A stretch of 64,000 nucleotides of DNA from Hyalangium minutum (GTDB lineage: Bacteria; Myxococcota; Myxococcia; Myxococcales; Myxococcaceae). Location: positions 372,001-436,000 of the forward strand of contig NZ_JMCB01000008.1 of assembly GCF_000737315.1 (NCBI RefSeq), given 5' to 3'. How positions within the stretch are numbered: position 1 is the stretch's first letter; each line of letters opens with the position of its first letter. Positions 10,384 to 20,768 of this stretch are shown one piece after another. Position numbers and translations under genes: made by a program. Below the pieces are notes generated by a model, which saw only the letters and a program-made list of their open reading frames with translations, did no database searches and had not been told where the DNA came from.

Positions 10384-11880
10384 ATGCACACCGAATCCGG
10401 ACGCAGTGTGGCCACGAACAACCATGCAGTGCTGATCGCCGGAGGCGGCCCGACGGGCCTGATGTTGGCAGCCGAGTTGGCGTTGGCGGGGATCGACGTC
10501 GCCGTCGTCGAGCGTCGCGTGAACCAAGAACTCCCCGGGTCACGCGCTGGCGGCCTGCACGCCCGCACGATCGAGGTGTTCGATCAGCGGGGCGTCGCCG
10601 AGCGCTTCCTCTCGCAGGGGCAGATCATGCAGGTGGCTGGCTTCTCGTTCATCCCGCTCGACATCAGCGACTTCCCGACGCGCCACAACTATGGGCTCGC
10701 GCTCAGGCAGGCTCGCATCGAGCGCATCATGGCCGAGTGGGTCGCCGAGCTGCCGGTGACGTTCTATCGAGGGCGTGAGGTGACGGGGTTCGCGCAGGAC
10801 GACACCGGCGTCGACGTCGAGCTGTCGGACGGCGCCTCGCTCCGGGCGACGTACCTCGTCGGGTGCGACGGAGGCCGGAGCCTGATTCGCAAGAATGCCG
10901 GGATCGAGTTCCCCGGCTGGGACGCGTCGACCAGCTTCCTCATCGCCGAGGTCGAGATGACCGAGGAGCCCGCGTGGGGCGTGCGCCGTGGAGACAAGGG
11001 CGTCAACGCCATCGGCAAGCTCGACGACGGCAAGCGCGCCGGCGTCGTGCTGGTCGAGCCGCAGGTCGGCAACAGAATCGAGCCGACCCTGGATGAGCTG
11101 CGCGCGGCGCTGATTGCTGTCTACGGGACCGACTTCGGTGTTCGCAATCCGACCTGGCTCTCCCGATTCTCCGACATGGCTCGGCAGGCGGCGTCCTACC
11201 GGGAGCGACGGGTGCTCCTCGCCGGCGACGCGGCGCACGTGCATGCCCCCACAGGCGGACAGGGACTCAACATCGGCGTGCAGGACGCCGTGAATCTCGG
11301 CTGGAAGCTCGCGCAGGTGGTGAGGGGCCTCTCGCCGGAGACCCTGCTCGACACCTACCACGCCGAGCGGCACCCCATCGGTGCCCGCGTGCTCCGCCTG
11401 ACGATGGCCCAGATAGCGCTCGGCCGCGGCGACGATCGCACCGAGGCCCTGCGCGAGAACATGACCGAGCTGCTGAAGATGGAGCAGCCTCGCAAGCAGT
11501 ACGCCGCGATGATGTCGGGCCTCGACGTCCACTATGACTTCGGTGCGGGGCACCCGCTGCTCGGGCGTCGCATGCCCGACCTCGAGCTGAGCACGGAGAA
11601 CGGTCCGAAGCGCGTGTTCTCGCTGCTGCACGAGGCCCGACCGGTCTTCCTCAACCTCGGCGAGCCGGGCGCCTTCGACATCACGCCGTGGACGGAGCGG
11701 GTTCGGCGGGTGGATGCCCGCTACACGGGCGCGTGGGAGCTCCCGGTGTTCGGTGCGGTCGCTGCGCCCTCGGCCGTTCTGGTTCGGCCCGATGGCCATG
11801 TCGCGTGGGTGGGAGACGGCACGGATTCGGGGCTGCGTGACGCGCTCACCCAGTGGTTCGGACCGCCCACGCCGGCGTAG
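10384..11880 (+). CDS. FAD-dependent monooxygenase (PHBH/group A; Rox-like family)
   Basis: GGGPTG Rossmann motif, LVGCDGGRS, LAGDAAHVHAPTGGQGLNIGVQDA, C-terminal thioredoxin-like LVRPDGHVAW. Confidence 0.93.
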   Translation: MHTESGRSVATNNHAVLIAGGGPTGLMLAAELALAGIDVAVVERRVNQELPGSRAGGLHARTIEVFDQRGVAERFLSQGQIMQVAGFSFIPLDISDFPTRHNYGLALRQARIERIMAEWVAELPVTFYRGREVTGFAQDDTGVDVELSDGASLRATYLVGCDGGRSLIRKNAGIEFPGWDASTSFLIAEVEMTEEPAWGVRRGDKGVNAIGKLDDGKRAGVVLVEPQVGNRIEPTLDELRAALIAVYGTDFGVRNPTWLSRFSDMARQAASYRERRVLLAGDAAHVHAPTGGQGLNIGVQDAVNLGWKLAQVVRGLSPETLLDTYHAERHPIGARVLRLTMAQIALGRGDDRTEALRENMTELLKMEQPRKQYAAMMSGLDVHYDFGAGHPLLGRRMPDLELSTENGPKRVFSLLHEARPVFLNLGEPGAFDITPWTERVRRVDARYTGAWELPVFGAVAAPSAVLVRPDGHVAWVGDGTDSGLRDALTQWFGPPTPA

Positions 11881-11902
11881 CACTGCTCGTACCAACGACA
11901 AA

Positions 11903-11926
11903 GCCCCTCTCCGAGTGGAGAGGGGC
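11903..11926. terminator. Hairpin, probable intrinsic terminator
   Basis: Perfect 10-bp stem GCCCCTCTCC-GAGT-GGAGAGGGGC just after the monooxygenase stop. Confidence 0.6.
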
Positions 11927-11957
11927 CGTCGGAAAGCCGGAGTTGGACTCAGCCGCC

Positions 11958-12189
11958 GAGCATCAGAAAAATGGGAGGCCAGTTGAAGGTCCTGGGCCTG
12001 TGGGTTGTCTTGAGCGCCTCAACACCCCGCTGCCTGATGTGGCCCTCGCGCCGCGGCCAGCCTCGCACCTGCCGTGGTCAGGCCCAGGGGCTTCACAATC
12101 GCGCGCCCCCCTCGTGCTGCCTTCACGTACGCCAACACCCTGAAGCCTGCCTCCACACCTCACGCAGGCGAACACGTCGAAGTCGAGTG
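11958..12189 (-). mobile_element. Degenerate 3' end of an IS91-like (Y2/zinc-binding) transposase plus downstream end sequence
   Basis: LDFDVFACVRCGGR/(frameshift)RVLAYVKAARGGRAIVKPLGL...GPHQAAGC*, recalled as the myxobacterial IS91-like C-terminus; 33-bp end motif shared with 16957..16989. Confidence 0.65.
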
Positions 12190-12466
12190 AGCTTGAAATC
12201 CGGGTGGGGACGAATGCATCCCTCGGAGGCTTGGAAAAACTTGGAAATCGTCTCTTCCATGAACTGTGAATCTTGCACGGCTCCGTAGCGCACCGTCCGA
12301 GGGGAGGTGCGCTGGGCGCAGCCCTGGAGAATTTTCCCTGCCGGGGCAAGCTCAAGCAGGGGGTTCCCCTTAATCCATTCTTCTATTGTGCAATCAATAA
12401 CACCTGTAGAGTCCGCCGCCCGAATTGAGCCTCGCTCTCCGAAGCGCCGTAGGGGCTGGAGTCACC

Positions 12467-15388
12467 ATGACGACGAAGTACCCGCTGTTGCTTGTGCTGG
12501 CACTGGCCGCTGCTTGCGGAGACAACCACAAGCCCAATCTTCCCCCCACTGTCGCGGATGTCAGCGTCTCCACCGCCGAGGACACCCCGGTGGCCATCAC
12601 CGTCTCGCCGGAGGATGCGAACGGCGACGCGCTTGAGGTCACATTCGCCACCCCCAGCCATGGCACGCTCGCGGGCACGGGGACGTCGGTGACGTACACG
12701 CCCCATGCGAACTTCGCCGGAAAAGAGACGTTCACGGTCACGGTCTCCGATGGCAAGGCCTCGGCGACAGCCACCATCTCCGTCACCGTGAACCCGGTCG
12801 ATGACGCCCCGGTGGCGGGCAACGACACCGCGACGACGGACGAGAACGTACCGCTGACGCTGGCGGCCGCCACCCTGCTGGCCAATGACACCGAAGTGGA
12901 CGGGCAGACTCTCACCATCACTGGCGTGAGCAGCGCGGTCTCCGGTACCGTGGTCTTGGCAGGCACCACCGTCACCTTCACTCCCACAGCCGATTTCTCG
13001 GGCACGGCCCGTTTCCAGTACACCGTGTCGGACGGCACCCTCACCGCCACCGCCACCGTCACCGTGACGGTGAACATGGTGAATGACGCTCCGGTGGCGA
13101 CCGATGACACCGCGACGACAGACGAGGACGTGCCGCTGACACTGGCCACCAGCACCCTGCTGGCCAACGACACGGACCCGGAAGGACAGACACTGACGAT
13201 CACCGGCGTGAGCGGCGCGGTCTCTGGCACAGTGGCGCTGGCGGGCACCACCGTCACCTTCACCCCCACGGCCGACTTCTCGGGCACGGCCCGTTTCCAG
13301 TACACCGTGTCGGACGGCTCCCTCACCGCCACTGCCACCGTCACCGTCACCGTGAGCCCGGTCGATGATGCCCCGGTGGCGACCGATGACACCGCGACGA
13401 CGGACGAAGACGTGCCGCTGGCGCTGGCCACCAGCACCCTGCTGGCCAACGACACGGACCCGGAAGGGCAGACACTGACGATCACCGGCGTGAGCGGCGC
13501 GGTCTCTGGCACCGTGGCTCTGGCAGGCACCACCGTCACCTTCACCCCCACGGCCGACTTCTCGGGCACGGCCCGTTTCCAGTACACCGTGTCGGACGGC
13601 TCCCTCACCGCCACCGCCACCGTCACCGTGACGGTGAACCCGGTGAATGACCCCCCGGTGACGACCGACGACACCGCGACGACGGACGAAGACGTGACGC
13701 TGACGCTGGCGGCCACCACCCTGCTGGCCAACGACACCGACGTGGACGGGCAGACGCTGACGATCAGCGCCGTGCAGAACCCGAGCAATGGCGTGGCCAC
13801 GCTCTCCGGGACGACCCTCACCTTCACTCCCAACGCAAACTTCAATGGCACGGCCGCCTTCGAGTACGTAGCGACCGACGGGCTGGCCACCCGCATCGGT
13901 CTGGTCACGGTGACGGTGAACCCGATCAACGACGCGCCCGTGGCCACCGACGCCACGGTGAGGGTGGCCCAGAACACCTCCACCACCGTCACCCTGAGGG
14001 CCACGGACGTGGACGGTGACGCACTGTCCTTCACCATCGCCACCCCTCCCGCTCAAGGAACGCTGGCAGGGACAGGCGCCAACCAGACCTACGCTCCGGC
14101 AGCGGACTTCGCGGGGCAGGACAGCTTCACCTTCACGGTCAGTGATGGCACGCTGACCTCCAACACCGCCACGGTCAGCATCACCGTCTACCCTCCCTTC
14201 GTTTGCGGCGACGGCAACCTTGAGCCCGGCGAGGTGTGTGACGACGGAAACCGCGTCGCTGGGGACGGCTGTCGCGCGGACTGCCGCGGCCTGGAGGTGT
14301 GCGGCGACGGCCTGGTGGACAGCGTCGCGGGCGAGCAGTGCGATGATGGCGGAACGGCTTCTGGAGACGGCTGCGACGCCTCGTGCCAGCTCGATGCCTT
14401 CTCCAGCGTCCCGCCAACGCTCATCAGCGGGGCCTTGAGCTGCCGCACGAACAACTCGAACACGGGGCGTAAGGTGGCGGTGGATGCGCTGGGCCGCTTC
14501 TTCGTGGTGATGAACTGTGGCGGCACCGGGTATGTCAGCGTGAGCCGGGATCGCGGCCAGACCTGGGTGGGCCCCACCTCCCTGGGCATCACCGGCGTCG
14601 CGGAGATCGCGATTGAAGGCGGCCCCACGGGAACCGCCTATGTGTCGGCCCTCGCCAGTCCGGGCAAGCTGATTTTCACCCGGACCACCGACGCGGGCGA
14701 GACCTGGGAGACCCCTCGAGAGATCTCAGCTGTGGTCGAGGCCGAGGTGAGCATGGACTCCCTGGGCGACGCCCTCTACATGTCCTTCTCGATGAACTCG
14801 ACGAACCTGCGCATCCTCCGGAACTCCGCCCGGGGCGAAGGTTCTTTCATCGTCACGGATGTGGCCCAGGCCAATAGCTTCCACGAGCTCATCGTGGACA
14901 AGATCAGTGGAGACGTGTTCTCGGTGAGTGACAACCCGGCGTTCCACATCCGCCGCAGCAGCGACGCGGGCGCCACCTTCGGCGCCGAGAGCGCACCGCC
15001 CGGGCAGGCCTTCTTCTCGGATTGGACAGGCTCCAACAGCTTCCTCTACACGACAGGAACCAACGGAGACGACAACATTGACGTCATCCCCGTGTCGGCC
15101 CCCGGGACGAGCACCCAGGTGCATGGCCTGCCCACGGACGTTGGCCCTGGCCCCCTCCGCAGCATTGACGCGGATGCGCTCGGTAACGCCTATGTCGTCA
15201 CGCAACGGAACACGGGCAACATCCAATTGGACAGAATGCTCTTCGGGGCCTCTTCGGTGGCGCAGGCGGACGCCCGGACCCTTGGCGCCGGCAGCGCCCC
15301 GGCGGTCGCGGCTCTCCCCTCGAACACCGGCGCCCTCGTGGCCTACACGAACGGCACCAGCGTCTACGGCGCGGTGGTCGTGTACTAA
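12467..15388 (+). CDS. Surface lipoprotein: six cadherin-like/Big_9 (tandem-95) domains, Cys-rich CGDG repeats, C-terminal BNR/sialidase-like propeller
   Basis: [10 protein letters not shown] lipobox; repeated [16 protein letters not shown]...F.YTVSDG units; [16 protein letters not shown]; [16 protein letters not shown] and SSDAGATF Asp-boxes. Confidence 0.9.
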   Translation: MTTKYPLLLVLALAAACGDNHKPNLPPTVADVSVSTAEDTPVAITVSPEDANGDALEVTFATPSHGTLAGTGTSVTYTPHANFAGKETFTVTVSDGKASATATISVTVNPVDDAPVAGNDTATTDENVPLTLAAATLLANDTEVDGQTLTITGVSSAVSGTVVLAGTTVTFTPTADFSGTARFQYTVSDGTLTATATVTVTVNMVNDAPVATDDTATTDEDVPLTLATSTLLANDTDPEGQTLTITGVSGAVSGTVALAGTTVTFTPTADFSGTARFQYTVSDGSLTATATVTVTVSPVDDAPVATDDTATTDEDVPLALATSTLLANDTDPEGQTLTITGVSGAVSGTVALAGTTVTFTPTADFSGTARFQYTVSDGSLTATATVTVTVNPVNDPPVTTDDTATTDEDVTLTLAATTLLANDTDVDGQTLTISAVQNPSNGVATLSGTTLTFTPNANFNGTAAFEYVATDGLATRIGLVTVTVNPINDAPVATDATVRVAQNTSTTVTLRATDVDGDALSFTIATPPAQGTLAGTGANQTYAPAADFAGQDSFTFTVSDGTLTSNTATVSITVYPPFVCGDGNLEPGEVCDDGNRVAGDGCRADCRGLEVCGDGLVDSVAGEQCDDGGTASGDGCDASCQLDAFSSVPPTLISGALSCRTNNSNTGRKVAVDALGRFFVVMNCGGTGYVSVSRDRGQTWVGPTSLGITGVAEIAIEGGPTGTAYVSALASPGKLIFTRTTDAGETWETPREISAVVEAEVSMDSLGDALYMSFSMNSTNLRILRNSARGEGSFIVTDVAQANSFHELIVDKISGDVFSVSDNPAFHIRRSSDAGATFGAESAPPGQAFFSDWTGSNSFLYTTGTNGDDNIDVIPVSAPGTSTQVHGLPTDVGPGPLRSIDADALGNAYVVTQRNTGNIQLDRMLFGASSVAQADARTLGAGSAPAVAALPSNTGALVAYTNGTSVYGAVVVY

Positions 15389-15428
15389 ATTCACGCTTTG
15401 CCTTCATCCCCTTTTCGAGACCGTGTTC

Positions 15429-16868
15429 ATGCGGAAGTTCGTTGCGAAGTCATGGGTGTACACTGTGAGCCTGCTGGCGATCTCTGGCCTGCTGGCAGCC
15501 CCTCAGGCGCGAGCGGAGGGTGAGGAGCCCCAGGGCCACCTGGAGGCGGGGCTCTTCGGAGGCGGGCACTTCTTCTCCAAGAATGGAGAGCTGGGGGTGG
15601 CGGACTACCCAGACCTGGTGCCCTCGCTCAAGAACTCCGGGTTGCTGGGAGCCCGGCTGGGCTATGCGCTGCTCCCGAGCCTGTGGGTGGAAGGCGAGCT
15701 GGCCGCCATCCCCACCTCGGACTCCCTCTCGGACGCGTCCGTCTTCGTGATGGGCTGGCGGGCCCATGCCCTGTTCCACTTCTGGAGCTCGGGCCGCTGG
15801 CGTCCTTTCCTGGCTGCGGGCGTGGGGGCCCACAGCTCCTTCACGGGGCGCACGGGGGTGGATCAGGTGGAGAATGACACGGACTTCGCCCTCCACTGGG
15901 GTGCCGGACTCAAGTACGACCTGACGCCCCGGCTGTCGCTGCGCGGAGATCTGCGCCACCTGCTGCCGCCCTCCCGGCAGAGCCGTGGCGTCACCCATGA
16001 CTTCGAGCTGCAGGCGGGCCTCTCCTACCGCTTCGGTGGCGAATCCCGCCCGGCCCCCCCTCCGCCTGAGCCCCTGGACACGGATGAGGATGGGGTGCGG
16101 GATGAGGCGGACGCCTGTCCGCGTGAGGCGGAGGACAAGGACGGCTTCCAGGACGAGGACGGCTGCCCGGACAACGACAATGATCAGGACGGGGTGGCCG
16201 ACGCCGCCGACAAGTGTGTGGACCAGGCTGAGACCGTCAACCAAGTGGATGACGAGGACGGGTGCCCCGAGACAGACGAGGATGGGGACGGTCTCCTGGG
16301 CTCCAAGGATGCGTGTCCCGCGCAGGCGGAGGACAAGGACGGCTTCCAGGACGAGGACGGCTGCCCGGACAACGACAATGATCAGGACGGGGTGGCCGAC
16401 GCCGCCGACAAGTGCCCCGCCGAGTTGGAGACGCGCAATGGTTTCCAGGACGACGATGGGTGCGCCGATGAGCTGCCGAAGGCGGTGCAACGCTTCACGG
16501 GCGTCATCACCGGGCTCCAGTTCGCGGCGGGCTCGGACCGCATCCAGGCCACGTCCTATGCGCTTCTGGATCAGGCGGTCAAGGTGCTGAAGCAGTACCC
16601 GGACGTGCGGTTGGAGATCTCGGGGCACACCTCATCGGACGGGAACGCGCAGGCCAACCAGGAGCTGCCACAGCGACGAGCCGAGGCGGTGCGGAAGTAC
16701 CTGCTGTCCAAGGGGATTGAGGCGAGCCGGGTGACGGCGCAGGGGTTTGGCTCCTCCCGCCCCCTGATGCCGAATGAGGCGAGGTCGGGGCGTGAGAAGA
16801 ACCGGCGCATCGAGTTCCGGGTCATCAACGACGCGCCAGCGAGCGGAGCGGAGGCGCACCCCAAGTAA
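15429..16868 (+). CDS. OmpA-family protein: N-terminal beta-barrel, thrombospondin type-3 repeats, OmpA C-terminal domain (TraB-like architecture)
   Basis: Start ATG 15429; beta-strands ending AGLSYRF; DxDxDG..D..D.CP repeats; ISGHTSSDG...QRRAEAV...GFGSSRP...NRRIEF. Confidence 0.92.
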   Translation: MRKFVAKSWVYTVSLLAISGLLAAPQARAEGEEPQGHLEAGLFGGGHFFSKNGELGVADYPDLVPSLKNSGLLGARLGYALLPSLWVEGELAAIPTSDSLSDASVFVMGWRAHALFHFWSSGRWRPFLAAGVGAHSSFTGRTGVDQVENDTDFALHWGAGLKYDLTPRLSLRGDLRHLLPPSRQSRGVTHDFELQAGLSYRFGGESRPAPPPPEPLDTDEDGVRDEADACPREAEDKDGFQDEDGCPDNDNDQDGVADAADKCVDQAETVNQVDDEDGCPETDEDGDGLLGSKDACPAQAEDKDGFQDEDGCPDNDNDQDGVADAADKCPAELETRNGFQDDDGCADELPKAVQRFTGVITGLQFAAGSDRIQATSYALLDQAVKVLKQYPDVRLEISGHTSSDGNAQANQELPQRRAEAVRKYLLSKGIEASRVTAQGFGSSRPLMPNEARSGREKNRRIEFRVINDAPASGAEAHPK

Positions 16869-16956
16869 GGGCCCGAGACCCGCGCGCTGAAAACCGTTTC
16901 CGGTCCTCGCGGGCGCCCACGATTCTGCGGCCCCGAGCAGCCCGGCCCCGATTCTG

Positions 16957-17480
16957 GAGCATCAGAAAAATGGGAGGCCGGTTGAAGGTGAGGGCTGGAG
17001 AGGAAGGGCCGAAGAGGGCTGCGGACGGGGTCCGCCCGAGCAGTAGCAACTCGGCCCAGTCCTCTCGCGGACTCCGCTGCTTCATCCGCTCCGTTCGGGC
17101 CGCTGCCTCCTTCCCCGAGCTCGACTCCTACTCACCGGCTTATCTTTCCATGCGCACATGGCAGGTACACCCTTTCATGGTCGATGTCAGAACCCTCCCG
17201 AGCGGATTGAGGCCATCCCTCTACCGTCGTCAGCATCTGGCGCATTAGGAGGAAGCACTGATCAGGCCGTTGGTGACCCGCTGGGAGTGAGCAGCGATGG
17301 CACTCTTGCGACCGAGGATTTGTTGCGTGTGACCGCCAACCCTTGAGGTTTGGGAGAGCCGAGGCGTGAGGCTCCAACCCGGCTCCTGCCTTCACACCTC
17401 ACGCAGGCGAACACGTCCAAGTCCAACGTCCTCCTCAGCAACTCGGCACTGTCCTCTCGCGGCGTCGCGAGCGGGGGCTC
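16957..17480 (-). mobile_element. Fragmented IS91-like transposase remnants
   Basis: PREDSAELLRRTLDLDVFACVRCEGR (~17360-17470), a second PREDWAELL piece (~17040-17085) and the 33-bp end motif at 16957..16989. Confidence 0.6.
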
Positions 17481-17649
17481 CGTTCGGGCGCGGTGGCGAA
17501 CGGATCTGGCGCACATGGGCTGCCTGGACGGCCAGGTGGTGACTCCAGTCAGCAGGAAAAACAGCAGTCACCAGTCTTCCACCCCTCTTTCGGGGCCGTT
17601 CTCGAGGAAAAACGGCCCTTCTCGGGCCTTTAGGGGGCCGAAAAGCCGT

Positions 17650-17665
17650 TGGCATGTTCCCTGCT
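17650..17665 (+). promoter_or_regulatory. Putative sigma-54 promoter (-24/-12)
   Basis: TGGCATGTTCCCTGCT has the GG-N10-GC spacing, 42 bp upstream of ATG 17708. Confidence 0.55.
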
Positions 17666-17707
17666 CTAGGTCAGGGCGTCTCCACTGCCTCGAATGGAAC
17701 CCCGACC

Positions 17708-18718
17708 ATGACCTCGCCCATTGCCTCTCGTGACTTCGCCGTTCGCCTCCCCGTGCAGGACGTCCCCGCTCCCCGCGTGGGCAGCGCGCAGACCGCCAGT
17801 CAGCCCGTGGCCCCTGCGGAGAGTGGCTCCAAGCGCGCTGTCGCTTTGGACCTGCAGAAGGACGGCTTCAGCGCAGGCCCTCCGACCGGTGCCAAGTGGA
17901 CCCAGTTCCTGCAGGGGCTGCAGGGCCTCGACGCAGGCAAGCAGCAGGAGCAGATCATCCAGGCCCACCAGCAGATGGTGCAGGCCCAGGTGCAAGAGCA
18001 GCTTCAGCAGTTGCAGCAGATGATTCAACAGCAGCAGCAGATGAGCCAGGGCGCCGCCGGGGCTCCCCCGTCCGCCGGTGGCGTTCAGCCGGCCGGTGGC
18101 AGCAGCGCCGCCCCGGCAGCTCCGGCCGTTCCGCAGGCTCCCGCGGGCAACGGTGGCATCGTCCCCTCCACCGGACAGGCCCCCGGCAAGCCCAGCGCCT
18201 CGGCCCCCACGGGCTCCGGCCCCGTCAGCGCCTCGGGTGACGCCAAGCTGGGCTCCGGCTTCCCCTCGGCCCTGGGCCAGTTCAAGGGCGCCATCGAGTC
18301 GGCCGCGGCCAAGGCGGGCGTGCCGGCCTCCATGCTGGCCGGGCAGATCTGGCAGGAGTCCCGCGGCAACATCGCCGCCGTCACCACCAACGGTGGCAAC
18401 GGCCTGACGGACACGGGCCTCATGCAGGTCAACCCCAACACCTTCGGCGAGCTGCAGGCCAAGCACCCGGAGCTGCAGGGCAAGAACCTGGCGGATCCGG
18501 AGACCAACATCCTGGCCGGCGCCTTCTACATGAAGGACATGAAGGAGCAGTTCGGTAGCTGGGATCTGGCCCTGCGCGCCTATAACTCTGGCCCGAACGG
18601 CGTGGACAAGAGCAACCCGAACGCCATCCCCGCCGGCACGGGTGACGCCACCTACGTGAACAAGGTGAAGCAGTTCTGGGACACCATCCAGACGGGCAAA
18701 GGCTCCCTGCCCGCGTAA
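17708..18718 (+). CDS. Lytic transglycosylase (SLT domain) with a Gln/Gly/Pro/Ala-rich N-terminus
   Basis: IWQESRG (catalytic Glu), GLMQVN, NILAGAFYM, ALRAYNSG, YVNKV. Confidence 0.9.
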   Translation: MTSPIASRDFAVRLPVQDVPAPRVGSAQTASQPVAPAESGSKRAVALDLQKDGFSAGPPTGAKWTQFLQGLQGLDAGKQQEQIIQAHQQMVQAQVQEQLQQLQQMIQQQQQMSQGAAGAPPSAGGVQPAGGSSAAPAAPAVPQAPAGNGGIVPSTGQAPGKPSASAPTGSGPVSASGDAKLGSGFPSALGQFKGAIESAAAKAGVPASMLAGQIWQESRGNIAAVTTNGGNGLTDTGLMQVNPNTFGELQAKHPELQGKNLADPETNILAGAFYMKDMKEQFGSWDLALRAYNSGPNGVDKSNPNAIPAGTGDATYVNKVKQFWDTIQTGKGSLPA

Positions 18719-18731
18719 ACCGTGAGCCCGC

Positions 18732-19553
18732 TCAGCTCCCCATGAACGACTTCCAGAGCGTCTCCGCGAACTGCTCATCCGACATCGCCTCGCGCATCTG
18801 CAAGAGCTGCGAGGTCTGGCCTCCCTGGGGGAGGATGTAGCGGAGCCGGTCCGTGCCGTCGGTGACGGCCTCGAAGATGTCCGCCGCGACCGACTCGGCG
18901 GGGGTGTGCACGGAGCTGTTATGGCGGTAGGCCACCAGGCACTTGTCCCGGGCCTCCTGGTACTCCTCGAGGCCCTCTCCGGCGAGCAGCGCCAGGGAGC
19001 TGCCGTTGAAGTCGGTACGCACCCCTCCCGCCTGGATCAGCTTCACGGAGATGCCGAGCGGCTTCAGCTCGTATTGCAGGGACTCCGAGAAGCCCTCGAG
19101 CGCGAACTTCGTGCCGTGGTACAGGCTGTAGAACGGGAAAGTCACCATGCCGCCCACGGACCCGATGTTGACCACCACGCCCCGGCGCCGAGCTCGGAAT
19201 TGGGGCAGGACGGCGCGGATGACCCGCATCGTTCCGAACAGGTTCGTCGAGAACTGATGCTGGATCTCTTCCTCGGAGGCCGCCTCGAAGGGGCCAAAGG
19301 TGCCATAACCGGCGTTGTTGATGACCATGTCGATGCCGTCGCAATTCCGCTGCGCTTCACTGACGGTCTTGCGAACGGACGCATCGTCGAGCACATCCAT
19401 GCCGTACACCCGGACATGCGGCAGCAGGTGCAGCTCCTGCTCCGCATCAGGCCTGCGCATGGTCGCGGCCACCTGCCAGCCCTTCTGCTGGAAATGCTTC
19501 ACCAAGGCTCGGCCGAGCCCCCTGGAGCATCCCGTAATGAGAACCGTCTTCAT
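18732..19553 (-). CDS. Short-chain dehydrogenase/reductase
   Basis: ITGCSRGLG, INNAGYG, YHGTKF (YxxxK). Confidence 0.95.
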   Translation of the reverse strand: MKTVLITGCSRGLGRALVKHFQQKGWQVAATMRRPDAEQELHLLPHVRVYGMDVLDDASVRKTVSEAQRNCDGIDMVINNAGYGTFGPFEAASEEEIQHQFSTNLFGTMRVIRAVLPQFRARRRGVVVNIGSVGGMVTFPFYSLYHGTKFALEGFSESLQYELKPLGISVKLIQAGGVRTDFNGSSLALLAGEGLEEYQEARDKCLVAYRHNSSVHTPAESVAADIFEAVTDGTDRLRYILPQGGQTSQLLQMREAMSDEQFAETLWKSFMGS

Positions 19554-20057
19554 GGTGTGTGCCCCTCCCTTTTCCCTGTTTTGACTTCGCAACACTCCCC
19601 TGGATCTGCGCATCGGGAGAGAGAGGCCTGTTGAGGGTGGGAGGAAGCGGTCTCCAGGAAACGCGGACCCACGATCCGCGTGACCGCGGCGCGCCTGACG
19701 AGACACCGCCTCGAGATGAGAAGGACTCGAGGCGTCACAGCGGCCCGGGCGATCTCGCTCGCCGCGAGCGCAGTCCCGCGCCTTTCGCGGATCGTCTCCA
19801 TTCGGGGGCACGCGCGCAGGCAACTTCTACGCCCCACAGCTTGCCCACAACTTTTCAGTCTCCCCCGGTCCCCCTTCAACTGCCCCCGAGTCACCAGCGC
19901 TGGGACTCACCTCGCAGCCACTGTCGATCCGGGGGACCACGACGGTGGAGATCTGGAATTCCGGTCGAGTGATGATCGGAATCACGCGCTCCCTGCTGAC
20001 CATCCACATCCGGTGGACAATCCTCAAGGGTCCTATGGCTGGTAGGATGAATGCACC

Positions 20058-20768
20058 ATGCCTTCTTCAACGAGCGGACTCATCCTCACCGTCGCCGTTG
20101 TCGTAACCGGGTGCGCCACTTCTCAGGAGGCGCCCGAGGCCTACTCATGGGCGCCTGTGCGCCCACCCGCTGTGCCCGGCACGGGCCTGCCTGTGCGAGG
20201 GCAGCCAGGCCAGGTGCGCCCCCCATCACTGCCCCGGAGTCAGCACCAGCGCGAGTTGCCGCCCACCCGGGAGCCCAGCATCTGGGCTGGAGACGCTCCT
20301 CGTGCTTCGCAGGAGCGAAAGCCGGAGGCGGAGGCGAACCCCACATCGGAGAGGTCCATCAGGAGGGACCCACCTGCCCCGGTGACCGTGGAGCGTCGCC
20401 GCTCTGGGTGCGAGGCCATCCCCGTGCCGCACGCGGGCGGAGATGATCCGCATAACGAGTGTGCCGATAAGTTTCCGCCGAACCGCTATCCCGGCAAGGA
20501 CGTGCTCGTGAACGGCAAGCGCTTCGATGCGCTGCAAGTCGGCGTGCGCGTGCTGTGGGAGATCAAGACTGATCAGTTTGACACGTACTCGCTCTTTCTC
20601 CGGAATCAGGTGGCCATCGATCAAGCGGAAGAGATGCGAGAAGAGCGCGACATCGCCGCGGCCTGTGGATACGGCTTCGTCGTTGGGGTGAGCAGCGCCG
20701 CTCACAGGGAAGCGCTGCTGCGGCAGGATCCGACTCTGGACATTGTTGTCACAGGGTGCAAACGATGA
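20058..20768 (+). CDS. DUF6310-type lipoprotein, putative polymorphic toxin (PD-(D/E)XK-like C-terminus)
   Basis: VVVTGCATS lipobox; NGKRFDALQ...LWEIKT motif recalled as DUF6310. Confidence 0.75.
   Translation: MPSSTSGLILTVAVVVTGCATSQEAPEAYSWAPVRPPAVPGTGLPVRGQPGQVRPPSLPRSQHQRELPPTREPSIWAGDAPRASQERKPEAEANPTSERSIRRDPPAPVTVERRRSGCEAIPVPHAGGDDPHNECADKFPPNRYPGKDVLVNGKRFDALQVGVRVLWEIKTDQFDTYSLFLRNQVAIDQAEEMREERDIAAACGYGFVVGVSSAAHREALLRQDPTLDIVVTGCKR

Noticed and set aside
10200-10384. Rifamycin-associated element upstream of the monooxygenase
   Set aside because: No matching inverted repeat was recognised.
12383-14056. Long minus-strand ORFs (557 and 549 aa)
   Set aside because: Shadows of the cadherin-like repeats on the plus strand.
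16600-16700. OmpA motif variant ELPQRRA (usually LSxxRA) as inactivation
   Set aside because: A single substitution with all other motifs intact; not enough evidence.
17654-17707. ATG 17654 as start of the transglycosylase
   Set aside because: It falls inside the sigma-54-like motif; ATG 17708 is preferred.
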